The notes beneath the pieces are model-generated. The model was not told the DNA's origin. It did not search any database and worked only from the letters and a program-made list of their open reading frames with translations. Below are positions 44,401-59,600 of a stretch of 64,000 nt of DNA, in pieces. A program made the translations under genes and the position numbers. The DNA lies in NCBI GenBank assembly GCA_964016885.1, contig OZ024743.1:100998001-101062000 (forward strand). Direction: 5' to 3'. The DNA is from Eledone cirrhosa. Its lineage: Eukaryota. How positions within the stretch are numbered: position 1 is the first letter of the stretch; each line of letters begins with the position of its first letter.

Positions 44401-46280
44401 ATGTTCCACACTCTTTCTATATATTCCCCACTCTTTCTATATATTACTCACTCTTTCTATATATTCTTCACTCTTTCTATATATTCCCCACTCTTTCTAT
44501 ATATTCCCCACTCTTTCTATATATTCCTCACTCTTTCTCGAATATCTTCCCCACTCTTTCTAAATATTCCTCACCATTTCTATATCTTCCCCACTCTTTC
44601 TATATATTCCCCACTCTTTCTATATATTCCCAACTCTTTCTATAATATGTTCCCCACTCTTTCTATATATTCCCCACTCTTTCTATATATTCCCCACTCT
44701 TTCTATATATTCCTCACTCTTTCTATATATTCCCCACTCTTTCTATATATTCCTCACTATTTCTATATATTCCTCACTCTTTCTATATATTCACCACTCT
44801 TTCTATATATTCCTCACTCTTTCTATATATTCCTCGCTCTTTCTATATATTCCCCACTCTTTCTATATATTCCTCACTCTTTTTATATATTCCCCACTCT
44901 TTCTATATATTCCCCATTCTTTCTATATATTCCTCTCTCTTTCTATATAATCCTCACTCTTTCTATATATTCCCCACTCTTTCTATTTATTCCTCACTCT
45001 TTTTATATATTGCCCACTCTTTCTATATATTCCCTACTCTTTCTATATATTCCCCACTCCTTCTATATATTCCCCACTCTTTCTATATATTCCCCACTCT
45101 TTCTATATATTACCCACTCTTTTTATATATTCCCCACCCTTTCTATATATTCCTCACTCTTTCTATATATTCCTCACTTTTTCTATATATTCCTCACTCT
45201 TTCTATATATTCCCCACTCTTTCTATATATTGCTCACTCTTTCTATATATTCTCCACTCTTTCTATAATATATTCCTCACTCTTTCTATAATATATTCCC
45301 CACTTTTTCTATATATTCGCCACTCTTTCTATATATTCCCCACTCTTTCTATATATTCCCCACTCTTTCTATATATTCCCCACTCTTTCTATAATATGTT
45401 CCACACTCTTTCTATATATTCCCCACTCTTTCTATATATTCCTGACTCTTTCTATATATTCCTCACTCTTTCTATATATTTCTCACTCTTTCTATAATAT
45501 CTTCCCCACTCTTTCTATATATTCCCCACTCTTTCTATATATTCCTCACTCTTTCTCGAATATCTTCCCCACTCTTTCTAAATATTCCTCACCATTTCTA
45601 TATATTCCTCACTCTTTCTATATATTCCCTACTCTTTCTATATATTCCCCACTTCTTCTATATATTCCCCACTCTTTCTATATATTACCCACTCTTTTTA
45701 TATATTCCGCACACTTTCTATATATTCCTCACTCTTTCTATATATTCCTCACTTTTTCTATATATTCTTCACTCTTTCTATATATTCCGCACTCTTTCTA
45801 TATATTCCTCACTCTTTCTATATATTCCCCACTCATTCTATAATATATTCCTCACTCTTTCTATAATATATTCCCCACTCTTTCTATATATTCGCCACTC
45901 TTTCTATATATTCCCCACTCTTTCTATATATTCCCCACTCTTTCTATAATATGTTCCACACTCTTTCTATATATTCCCCACTCTTTCTATATATTCCTCA
46001 CTCTTTCTATATATTCCTCACTCTTTCTATATATTCCTCACTCTTTCTATATATTCCCCGCTCTTTCTATATATTCCTCACTCTTTCTATATATTCCCCG
46101 CTCTTTCTATATATTCCTCACACTTTCTATATATTCCTCACTGTTGCTATATATTCCTCACGCTTTCTATAATATCTTCCCCACTCTTTCTATATATTCC
46201 TCACTCTTTCTATATATTCCCCGCTCTTTCTATATATTCCCCACTCTTTCTATATATTCCCCACTCTTTCTATATATTCC
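38500..46280. repeat. Higher-order block R, copy A (duplicated at ~53615-61400, offset ~15.05-15.12 kb)
   Basis: ORF-track pairs 39155/54270, 39657/54772, 40034/55149 (15115); 41118/56192, 42036/57110, 43160/58234 (15074); 44354/59405 (15051); 45951/61064 (15113). Private ccgtact at 38658/53773. Confidence 0.9.
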
Positions 46281-49200
46281 TCACTCTTTCTCGAATATCT
46301 TCCCCACTCTTTCTATATATTCCTCACTTGTTCTCGAATATCTTCCCCACTCTTTCTATATATTCCTCACTCTTGCTATATATTCCCCGCTCTTTCTATA
46401 TATTCCCCACTCTTTCTATATATTCCCCACTCTTTCTATATATTCCTCACTCTTTCTATAATATGTTCCCCACTCTTTCTATATATTCCCCACTCTTTCT
46501 ATATATTCCTCACTCTTTCTATACATACCTCACTCTTTATATATATTCCTCACTCTTTCTATATATTCACCACTCTTTCTATATATTCCTAACTCTTTCT
46601 ATAATATATTCCCCACTCTTTCTATATATTCCTCACTCTTTCCATATATTCCTCACTCTTTCTCTATATTCCCCACTCTTTCTATATATTCCCCACTGTT
46701 TCTATATATTCCTCACTCTTTCTTTAATATATTCCCCACACTTTCTATATATTCCTCATTCTTTCTATATATTCCTCATTCTTTCTATATATTCCTCACA
46801 CTTTTTATATATTTCCCACTCTTTCTATATATTCCCCACTCTTTCTATATATTCCTCACTCTTTCTATATATTCCTCCCTCTTTCTATATATTCCTCACT
46901 CTTTCTATATATTCCCTATACTTTCTATAATATATTCCCCACTCTTTCTATATATTCCCCACTCTTTTTATATATTCCCCACTCTTTCTATATATTCCTC
47001 ACTCTTTCTATAATATATTCCCCATTCTTTCTATATATTCCCCACTCTTTCTATGTATTCCCCACTCTTTCTATATATTCCTCGCTCATTCTATATATTC
47101 CCCACTCTTTCTATATATTCCCCACTCTTTCTATATATTCCTCACTCTTTCTAGATATTCCCCACTCTTTCTATATATTCATCACTCATTCTATATATTC
47201 CTCACTTTTCCTACAATATTTTCCTCACTCTTTCTATATATTCCCCACTCTTTCTATATATTCCTCACTCTTTCTATATATTCCCCACTCTTTCTATATA
47301 TTCCTCACTCTTTCTATATATTCCCCACTCTTTCTATATATTCCTCACTCTTTCTATATATTCCCCACTCTTTCTATATATTCCTCACTCTTTCTATATA
47401 TTCCCCACTCTTTCTATATATTCCCCACTCTTTCTATATATTCCCGACTCTTTCTATATAATCCCCACTCTTTCTATATATTCCCCACTCTTTCTATATA
47501 TTCCTCACTCTTTCTATATATTCTCCACTCTTTCTATAATATATTCCTCACTCTTTCTATATATTCCCCACTCTTTCTATATATTCCCCACTCTTTCTAT
47601 ATAGTCCCCACTCTTTCTATGTATTCCCCACTCTTTCTATATATTCCTCACTCATTCTATATATTCCCCACTCTTTCTATATATTCCCCACTCTTTCTAT
47701 ATATTCCTCACTCTTTCTAGATATTCCCCACACTTTCTATATATTCATCACTCATTCTATATATTCCTCACTTTTCCTACAATATATTCCTCACTCTTTC
47801 TATATATTCCCCACTCTTTCTATATTTTCCCCACTCTTTCTATATATTCCTCACTGTTTCAATATACTCCCCACTCTTTCTATATATTCATCACTCTTTC
47901 TATATCTTCCTCACTCTTTCAATATATTCCTCACTCTTTCTATATATTCCCCACTCTTTCTATATATTCCTCACTCTTTGTATATATTCCCCACTCTTTC
48001 TATATATTCCTCACTCTTTCTATATATTCCCCACTCTTTTTATATATTCCCCACTCTTTCTATATATTCCCGACTCTTTCTATATAATCCCCACTCTTTC
48101 TATATATTCCCCACTCTTTCTATATATTCCTCACTCTTTCTATATATTCTCCACTCTTTCTATAATATATTCCTCACTCTTTCTATATATTCCCCACTCT
48201 TTCTATATATTCCCCACTCTTTCTATATAGTCCCCACTCTTTCTATATATTCCTCACTCTTTCTGTATATTCCTCACTCTTTCTATACATTCCTCACTCT
48301 TTCTCGATATTCCCCACTCTTTCTATATATTCCTCACTCCTTCTATATATTCCTCACTCTTTCTATATATTCCTCACTCTTTCTATATATTCCCCACTCT
48401 TTCTATATATTCCTCACTCTTTCTATGTATTTCCCACTCTTTCTATATATTTCCCACTCTTTCTATATATTCCCCACTCTTTCTATATATTCTTCACTCT
48501 TTCTATAATATATCCCCCACACTTTCTATATATTCCCCACTCTTTCTATATATTCCTCACTCTTTCTATATATTCCTCACTCTTTCTATATATTTCCCAC
48601 TCTTTCTATAATATTTTCCCCACTCTTTCTATATATTCCCCACTCTTTCTATATAGCCCTCACTCTTTCTATATATTCCTCACTCTTTCTATATATTCCC
48701 CACTCTTTCTATATATTCCTCACTCTTTCTATATATTCCCCACTCTTTCTATATATTCCCCACTCTTTCTATATATTCCTCACTCTTTCTATATATTCCT
48801 CACTCTTTCTATATATTCGCCACACTTTCTATATATTCCTCACTCTTTCTATATATTCCTCACTTTTTCTATATATTCCCCACTCTTTCTATAATATGTT
48901 ACCCACTCTTTCTATATATTTCCCACTCTTTCTATATATTCCTCACTCTTTCTATATATTCGCCACTCTTTCTATATATTCCTCACTCTTTCTATCATAT
49001 ATTCCCCACTCGTTCTATATATTCCCCACTCTTTCTATATATTCCCCACTCTTTCTATATATTCCTCACTCTTTCTATAATATATTCTCCACGCTTTCTA
49101 TATATTCCCCACTCTTTCTATATATTCCCAACTCTTTCTATATATTCCTCACTCTTTCTATATATTCCCCACTCATTCTATATATTCCTCACTCTTTCTA

Positions 49201-50570
49201 TATATTTCTCACTTTTTCTATATATTCCCCACTCTTTCTATAATATATTCCTCACTCTTTCTATATATTCCCCACTTCTTCTATATATTCCCCACTCTTT
49301 CTATATATTCCCCACTCTTTCTATATATTCCCCACTCTTCGTATATATTCCCCACACTTTCTATATATTCCTCACTCTTTCTATATATTCCTCACACTTT
49401 CGATATATTCCTCACTCTTTCTATATATTCCCCACTCTTTCTATATTTTCCTCACTCTTGCTATATATTCCTTACTCTTGCTATATATTATTCACTCTTT
49501 CTATAATATCTTCCCCACTCTTTCTATATATTCCGCACTCTTTCTATATATTCCTCACTCTTTCTCGAATATCTTCCCCACTCTTTCTAAATATTCCTCA
49601 CCATTTCTATATATTCCTCACTCTTTCTATATATTCCCTACTCTTTCTATATATTCCCCACTTCTTCTATATATTCCCCACTCTTTCTATATATTACCCA
49701 CTCTTTTTATATATTCCCCACACTTTCTATATATTCCTCACTCTTTCTATATATTCCTCACTTTTTCTATATATTCTTCACTCTTTCTATATATTCCGCA
49801 CTCTTTCTATATATTCCTCACTCTTTCTATATATTCCTCACTCTTTCTATAATATATTCCTCACTCTTTCTATAATATATTCCCCACTCTTTCTATATAT
49901 TCGCCACTCTTTCTATATATTCCCAACTCTTTCTATATATTCCCCACTCTTTCTATAATATGTTCCACACTCTTTCTATATATTCCCCACTCTTTCTATA
50001 TATTCCTCACTCTTTCTATATATTCCTCACTCTTTCTATATATTCCTCACTCTTTCTATATATTCCCCGCTCTTTCTATATATTCCTCACTCTTTCTATA
50101 TATTCCTCACTGTTGCTATATATTCCTCACTCTTTCTATATATTCTTCGCTCTTTGTATATATTCCCCACTCTTTCTATATCTTCCCCACACTATCTATA
50201 TATTCCTCACTCTTTCTATATATTCCTCACTCTTTCTATATATTCCTCACTCTTTCTATATATTCCCCGCTCTTTCTATATATTCCCCACTCTTTCTATA
50301 TATTCCCCACTCTTTCTATATATTCCCCACTCTTTCTATAATATGTTCCCCACTCTTTCTATATATTCCTCACTCTTTCTATAATATATTCCCCACTCTT
50401 TTTATATATTCCGCTCTCTTTCTATATATTCCCCACTCTTTCTATATATTCCTCACTCTTTCTATACATACCTCACTCTTTATATATATTCCTCAATCTT
50501 TCTATATATTCACCACTCTTTCTATATATTCCTAACTCTTTCTATAATATATTCCCCACTCTTTCTATAT
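45480..50570. repeat. Higher-order block R, partial copy B of ~39180-43770 (offset 6294-6860)
   Basis: ORF-track pairs 39657/45951 and 40034/46328 (6294); 41118/47978 and 42036/48896 (6860); 42658/49458 and 43160/49960 (6800). Confidence 0.88.
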
Positions 50571-53500
50571 ATTCCTGACTCTTTCCATATATTCCTCACT
50601 CTTTCTCTATATTCCCCACTCTTTCTATATATTCCGCACTGTTTCTATATATTCCTCACTCTTTCTTTAATATATTCCCCACACTTTCTATATATTCCTC
50701 ATTCTTTCTATATATTCCTCATTCTTTCTATATATTCCTCACACTTTTTATATATTTCCCACTCTTTCTATATATTCCCCACTCTTTCTATATATTCCTC
50801 ACTCTTTCTATATATCCCTCACTCTTTCTATATATTCCTCACTCTTTCTATTTATTCCCTATTCTTTCTATAATATATTCCCCACTCTTTCTATATATTC
50901 CCCACTCTTTTTATATATTCCCCACTCTCTCTATATATTCCTCACTCTTTCTATAATATATTCCCCATTCTTTCTATATATTCCCCACTCTTTCTATGTA
51001 TTCCCCACTCTTTCTATATATTCCTCGCTCATTCTATATATTCCCCACTCTTTCTATATATTCTCCACTCTTTCTATATATTCCTCACTCTTTCTAGATA
51101 TTCCCCACTCTTTCTATATATTCATCACTCATTCTATATATTCCTCACTTTTCCTACAATATATTCCTCACACTTTCTATATATTCCTCACTCTTTCTAT
51201 ATATTCCTGACTCTTTCTATATATTCCCTATTCTTTCTATAATATAATCCCCACTCTTTCTATATATTCCCCACTCTTTTTATATATTCCTCACTCTTTC
51301 TATATATTCCCCACTCTTTCTATATATTCCTCACTCTTTCTATATATTCCCCACTCTTTCTATATATTCCCCACTCTTTCTATATATTCCTCACTCTTTC
51401 TATATATTCCTCACTCTTTCCATATATTCGCCACTCTTTCTATATATTCCTCACTCTTTCTATATATTCCTCACTTTTTCTATATATTCCCCACTCTTTC
51501 TATAATATGTTACCCACTCTTTCTATATATTTCCCACTCTTTCTATATATTCCTCACTCTTTCTATATATTCGCCACTCTTTCTATATGTTCCTCACTCT
51601 TTCTATATCTTCCTTACTCTTTCAATATATTCACTACTCTTTCTATATATTCCTCACTCTTTCTATCATATATTCCCCACTCGTTCTATATATTCCCCAC
51701 TCTTTCTATATATTCCCCACTCTTTCTATATATTCCTCACTCTTTCTATAATATATTCTCCACGCTTTCTATATATTCCCCACTCTTTCTATATATTCCC
51801 AACTCTTTCTATATATTCCTCACTCTTCCTATATATTCCCCACTCATTCAATATATTCCTCACTCTTTCTATATATTCCTCACTTTTTCTATATATTCCC
51901 CACTCTTTCTATAATATATTCCTCACTCTTTCTATATATTCCCCACTCCTTCTATATATTCCCCACTCTTTCTATATATTCCCCACTCTTTCTATATATT
52001 CCCCACTCTTCGTATATATTCCCCACACTTTCTATATATTCCCCACTCGTTCTATATATTCCCCACTCTTTCTATATATTCCCCACTCTCTCTATATATT
52101 CCTCACTCTTTCTATATATTCCTCATCTATCTATATATTACTAACTCTTTCTATATATTCCCCACTCTTTCTATATATTCCTCACTCTTTCTATAATATA
52201 TTCCCCAGTCTTTCTATATATTCCTCACTCTTTCTATATATTCCCCACTCTTCGTATATATTCCCCACACTTTCTATATATTCCCCACTCTTTCTATATA
52301 TTCCCCACTCTTTCTATATATTCCCCACTCTTTCTATATATTCCCCACTCTTTCTATAATATGGTCCCCACTCTTTCTATACATTCCCCACTCTTTCTAT
52401 ATATTCCCCACTCTTTCTATATATTCCGCACTCTTTCTATATATTCCTCACTCTTTCTATATATTCCCCACTCTTTCTATAATATATTCCTCACTCTTTC
52501 TATAATATCTTCCCCACTCTTTCTATATATTCCGCACTCTTTCTATATATTCCTCACTCTTTCTCGAATATCTTCCCCACACTTTCTAAATATTCCTCAC
52601 CATTTCTATATATTCCTCACTCTTTCTATATATTCCCTACTCTTTCTATATATTCCCCACTTCTTCTATATATTCCCCACTCTTTCTATATATTACCCAC
52701 TCTTTTTATATATTCCCCACACTTTCTATATATTCCTCACTCTTTCTATATATTCCTCACTTTTTCTATATATTCTTCACTCTTTCTATATATTCCGCAC
52801 TCTTTCTATATATTCCTCACTCTTTCTATATATTCCCCACTCTTTCTATAATATATTCCTCACTCTTTCTATAATATATTCCCCACTCTTTCTATATATT
52901 CCCCACTCTTTCTATAATATGTTCCACACTCTTTCTATATATTCCCCACTCTTTCTATATATTCCTCACTCTTTCTATATATTCCTCACTCTTTCTATAT
53001 ATTCCTCACTCTTTCTATATATTCCCCGCTCTTTCTATATATTCCTCACTCTTTCTATATATTCCTCACTGTTGCTATATATTCCTCACTCTTTCTATAT
53101 ATTCCCCGCTCTTTGTATATATTCCCCACTCTTTCTATATCTTCCCCACTCTTTCTATATATTCCTCACTCTTTCTATATATTCTCCGCTCTTTCTATAT
53201 ATTCCCCACTCTTTCTATATATTCCCCACTCTTTCTATATATTCCTCACTCTTTCTCGAATATCTTCCCCACTCTTTCTATATATTCCTCACTTGTTCTC
53301 GAATATCTTCCCCACTCTTTCTATATATTCCTCACTCTTTCTATATATTCCCCGCTCTTTCTATATATTCCCCACTCTTTCTATATATTCCCCACTCTTT
53401 CTATATATTCCTCACTCTTTCTATAATATGTTCCCCACTCTTTCTATATATTCCCCACTCTTTCTATATATTCCTCACTCTTTCTATACATACCTCACTC

Positions 53501-53614
53501 TTTATATATATTCCTCACTCTTTCTATATATTCACCACTCTTTCTATATATTCCTCACTCTTTCTATATATTCCTCACTCTTTCTATATATTCCCCACTC
53601 TTTCTATATATTCC

Positions 53615-56600
53615 TCACTCTTTTTATATATTCCCCACTCTTTCTATATATTCCCCATTCTTTCTATATATTCCTCTCTCTTTCTATATAATCCTCACTC
53701 TTTCTATATATTCCCCACTCTTTCTATTTATTCCCCACTCTTTTTATATATTGCCCACTCTTTCTATATATTCCGTACTCTTTCTATATATTCCCCACTC
53801 CTTCTATATATTCCCCACTCTTTCTATATATTCCCCACTCTTTCTATATATTACCCACTCTTTTTATATATTCCCCACCCTTTCTATATATTCCTCACTC
53901 TTTCTATATATTCCTCACTTTTTCTATATATTCCTCACTCTTTCTATATATTCCCCACTCTTTCTATATATTGCTCACTCTTTCTATATATTCTTCACTC
54001 TTTCTATAATATATTCCTCACTCTTTCTATAATATATTCCCCACTTTTTCTATATATTCGCAACTCTTTCTATATATTCCCCACTCTTTCTATATATTCC
54101 CCACTCTTTCTATATATTCCCCACTCTTTCTATAATATGTTCCACACTCTTTCTATATATTCCCCACTCTTTCTATATATTCCTCACTCTTTCTATATAT
54201 TCCTCACTCTTTCTATATTTTCCTCACTCTTTCTATATATTCCCCACTCTTTCTATATTTTCCTCACTCTTGCTATATATTCCTTACTCTTACTATATAT
54301 TTCTCACTCTTTCTATAATATCTTCCCCATTCTTTCTATATATTCCCCACTCTTTCTATATATTCCTCACTCTTTCTCGAATATCTTCCCCACACTTTCT
54401 AAATATTCCTCACCATTTCTATATATTCCTCACTCTTTCTATATATTCCCTACTCTTTCTATATATTCCCCACTTCTTCTATATATTCCCCACTCTTTCT
54501 ATATATTACCCACTCTTTTTATATATTCCGCACACTTTCTATATATTCCTCACTCTTTCTATATATTCCTCACTTTTTCTATATATTCTTCACTCTTTCT
54601 ATATATTCCGCACTCTTTCTATATATTCCTCACTCTTTCTATATATTCCCCACTCTTTCTATAATATATTCCTCACTCTTTCTATAATATATTCCCCACT
54701 CTTTCTATATATTCGCCACTCTTTCTATATATTCCCCACTCTTTCTATATATTCCCCACTCTTTCTATAATATGTTCCACACTCTTTCTATATATTCCCC
54801 ACTCTTTCTATATATTCCTCACTCTTTCTATATATTCCTCACTCTTTCTATATATTCCTCACTCTTTCTATATATTCCCCGCTCTTTCTATATATTCCTC
54901 ACTCTTTCTATATATTCCCCGCTCTTTCTATATATTCCTCACTCTTTCTATATATTCCTCACTGTTGCTATATATTCCTCACGCTTTCTATAATATCTTC
55001 CCCACTCTTTCTATATATTCCTCACTCTTTCTATATATTCCCCGCTCTTTCTATATATTCCCCACTCTTTCTATATATTCCCCACTCTTTCTATATATTC
55101 CTCACTCTTTCTCGAATATCTTCCCCACTCTTTCTATATATTCCTCTCTTGTTCTCGAATATCTTCCCCACTCTTTCTATATATTCCTCACTCTTTCTAT
55201 ATATTCCCCGCTCTTTCTATATATTCCCCACTCTTTCTATATATTCCCCACTCTTTCTATATATTCCTCACTCTTTCTATAATATGTTCCCCACTCTTTC
55301 TATATGTTCCCCACTCTTTCTATATATTCCTCACTCTTTCTATACATACCTCACTCTTTATATATATTCCTCACTCTTTCTATATATTCACCACTCTTTC
55401 TATATATTCCTAACTGTTTCTATAATATATTCCCCACTCTTTCTATATATTCCTCACTCTTTCCATATATTCCTCACTCTTTCTCTATATTCCCCACTCT
55501 TTCTATATATTCCCCACTGTTTCTATATATTCCTCACTCTTTCTTTAATATATTCCCCACACTTTCTATATATTCCTCATTCTTTCTATATATTCCTCAT
55601 TCTTTCTATATATTCCTTACACTTTTTATATATTTCCCACTCTTTCTATATATTCCCCACTCTTTCTATATATTCCTCACTCTTTCTATATATTCCTCAC
55701 TCTTTCTATATATTCCTCACTCTTTCTATATATTCCCTATACTTTCTATAATATATTCCCCACTCTTTCTATATATTCCCCACTCTTTTTATATATTCCC
55801 CACTCTCTCTATATATTCCTCACTCTTTCTATAATATATTCCCCATTCTTTCTATATATTCCCCACTCTTTCTATATATTCCCCACTCTTTCTATATATT
55901 CCCCACTCTTTCTATATATTCCTCACTCTTTCTAGATATTCGCCACTCTTTCTATATATTCATCACTCATTCTATATATTCCTCACTTTTCCTACAATAT
56001 TTTCCTCACTCTTTCTATATATTCCCCACTCTTTCTATATCTTCCCCACTCTTTCTATATATTCCTCACTGTTTCAATATACTCCCCACTCTTTCTAATA
56101 TTCATCACTCTTTCTCTATCTTCCTCACTCTTTCTATATATTCCTCACTCTTTCTATATATTCCCCACACTTTCTATATATTCCTCACTCTTTGTATATA
56201 TTCCCCACTCTTTCTATATATTCCTCACCCTTTCTATATATTCCCCACTCTTTTTATATATTCCCCACTCTTTCTATATATTCCCGACTCTTTCTATATA
56301 ATCCCCACTCTTTCTATATATTCCCCACTCTTTCTATATATTCCTCACTCTTTCTATATATTCTCCACTCTTTCTATAATATATTCCTCACTCTTTCTAT
56401 ATATTCCCCACTCTTTCTATATATTCCCCACTCTTTCTATATAGTCCCCACTCTTTCAATATATTCCTCACTCTTTCTGTATATTCCTCACTCTTTCTAT
56501 ACATTCCTCACTCTTTCTCGATATTCCCCACTCTTTCTATATATTCCTCACTCCTTCTATATATTCCTCACTCTTTTTATATATTCCTCACTCTTTCTAT

Positions 56601-59600
56601 ATATTCCCCACTCTTTCTATATATTCCTCACTCGTTCTATGTATTTCCCACTCTTTCTATATATTTCCCACTCTTTCTATATATTCCCCACTCTTTCTAT
56701 ATATTCTTCACTCTTTCTATAATATATCCCCCACACTTTCTATATATTCCCCACTCTTTCTATATATTCCTCACTCTTTCTATATATTCCTCACTCTTTC
56801 TATATATTTCCCACTCTTTCTATAATATTTCCCCCACTCTTTCTATATATTCCCCACTCTTTCTATATAGCCCTCACTCTTTCTATATATTCCTCACTCT
56901 TTCTATATATTCCCCACTCTTTCTATATATTCCTCACTCTTTCTATATATTCCCCACTCTTTCTATATATTCCCCACTCTTTCTATATATTCCTCACTCT
57001 TTCTATATATTCCTCACTCTTTCTATATATTCGCCACTCTTTCTATATATTCCTCACTCTTTCTATATATTCCTCACTTTTTCTATATATTCCCCACTCT
57101 TTCTATAATATGTTACCCACTCTTTCTATATATTTCCCACTCTTTCTATATATTCCTCACTCTTTCTATATATTCGCCACTCTTTCTATATATTCCTCAC
57201 TCTTTCTATATCTTCCTTACTCTTTCAATATATTCCCTACTCTTTCTATATATTCCTCACTCTTTCTATCATATATTCCCCACTCGTTCTATATATTCCC
57301 CACTCTTTCTATATATTCCCCACTCTTTCTATATATTCCTCACTCTTTCTATAATATATTCTCCACGCTTTCTATATATTCCCCACTCTTTCTATATATT
57401 CCCAACTCTTTCTATATATTCCTCACTCTTTCTATATATTCCCCACTCATTCTATATATTCCTCACTCTTTCTATATATTTTTCACTTTTTCTATATATT
57501 CCCCACTCTTTCTATAATATATTCCTCACTCTTTCTATATATTCCCCACTCCTTCTATATATTCCCCACTCTTTCTATATATTCCCCACTCTTTCTATAT
57601 ATTCCCCACTCTTCGTATATATTCCCCACACTTTCTATATATTCCTCACTATTTCTATATATTCCTCACACTTTCGATATATTCCTCACTCTTTCTATAT
57701 ATTCCCCACTCTTTCTATATTTTCCTCACTCTTGCTATATATTCCTTACTCTTGCTATATATTACTCACTCTTTCTATAATATCTTCCCCACTCTTTCTA
57801 TATATTCCGCACTCTTTCTATATATTCCTCACTCTTTCTCGAATATCTTCCCCACTCTTTCTAAATATTCCTCACCATTTCTATATATTCCTCACTCTTT
57901 CTATATATTCTCTACTCTTTCTATATATTCCCCACTTCTTCTATATATTCCCCACTCTTTCTATATATTACCCACTCTTTTTATATATTCCCCACACTTT
58001 CTATATATTCCTCACTCTTTCTATATATTCCTCACTTTTTCTATATATTCTTCACTCTTTCTATATATTCCGCACTCTTTCTATATATTCCTCACTCTTT
58101 CTATATATTCCTCACTCTTTCTATAATATATTCCTCACTCTTTCTATAATATAATCCCCACTCTTTCTATATATTCGCCACTCTTTCTATATATTCCCAA
58201 CTCTTTCTATATATTCCCCACTCTTTCTATAATATGTTCCACACTCTTTCTATATATTCCACACTCTTTCTATATATTCCTCACTCTTTCTATATATTCC
58301 TCACTCTTTCTATATATTCCTCACTCTTTCTATATATTCCCCGCTCTTTCTATATATTCCTCACTCTTTCTATATATTCCTCACTGTTGCTATATATTCC
58401 TCACTCTTTCTATATATTCCTCGCTCTTTGTATATATTCCCCACTCTTTCTATATCTTCCCCACTCTTTCTATATATTCCTCACTCTTTCTATATATTCC
58501 TCACTCTTTCTATATATTCCTCACTCTTTCTATATATTCCCCGCTCTTTCTATATATTCCCCACTCTTTCTATATATTCCCCACTCTTTCTATATATTCC
58601 CCACTCTTTCTATAATATGTTCCCCACTCTTTCTATATATTCCTCACTCTTTCTATAATATATTCCCCACTCTTTTTATATATTCCGCTCTCTTTCTATA
58701 TATTCCCCACTCTTTCTATATATTCCTCACTCTTTCTATACATACCTCACTCTTTATATATATTCCTCAATCTTTCTATATATTCACCACTCTTTCTATA
58801 TATTCCTAACTCTTTCTATAATATATTCCCCACTCTTTCTATATATTCCCCACTCTTTCTATATATTCCTCACTCTTTCTATATATTCCTCACTCTTTCT
58901 ATATATTCCCCACTCTTTCTATATATTCCTCACTCTTTCTATATATTCTTCACTTTTTCTATATATTCCCCACTCTTTGTATAATATGTTACCCACTCTT
59001 TCTATATATTTCCCACTCTTTCTATATATTCCTCACTCTTTCTATATATTCGCCATTCTTTCTATATATTCCTCACTCTTTCTATATCTTCCTTACTCTT
59101 TCAATATATTCCCTACTCTTTCTATATATTCCACACTCTTTCTATAATATATTCCCCACTCGTTCTATATATTCCCCACTCTTTCTATATATTCCCCACT
59201 CTTTCTATATATTCCTCACTCTTTCTATAATATATTCTCCACGCTTTCTATATATTCCCCACTCTTTCTATATATTCCCAACTCTTTCTATATATTCTTC
59301 ACTCTTTCTATATATTCCCCACTCATTCTATATATTCCTCGCTCTTTCTATATATTCCTCACTCTTTCTATATATTCCCCACTCTTTCTATATTTTCCTC
59401 ACTCTTGCTATATATTCCTTACTCTTGTCATATATTTCTCACTCTTTCTATAATATGTTCCACACTCTTTCTATATATTCCCCACTCTTTCTATATATTC
59501 CTCACTCTTTCTATATATTCTTCACTATTTCTATATATTCCCCACTCTTTCTATATATTCCCCACTCTTTCTATATATTCCTCACTCTTTCTCGAATATC

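Noticed and set aside
52361-54664. Longest ORF (767 aa)
   Set aside because: A chance run in which TAA-bearing 23-mers fall out of frame. It crosses a duplication junction (~53615), and paralogous blocks are interrupted by stops.
51-55940. Recurrent restriction-site palindromes (TCTAGA, TCGCGA, TCGA) suggesting engineered or synthetic DNA
   Set aside because: Each is one or two substitutions from the consensus and follows the duplication pattern. There is no vector or adapter sequence.
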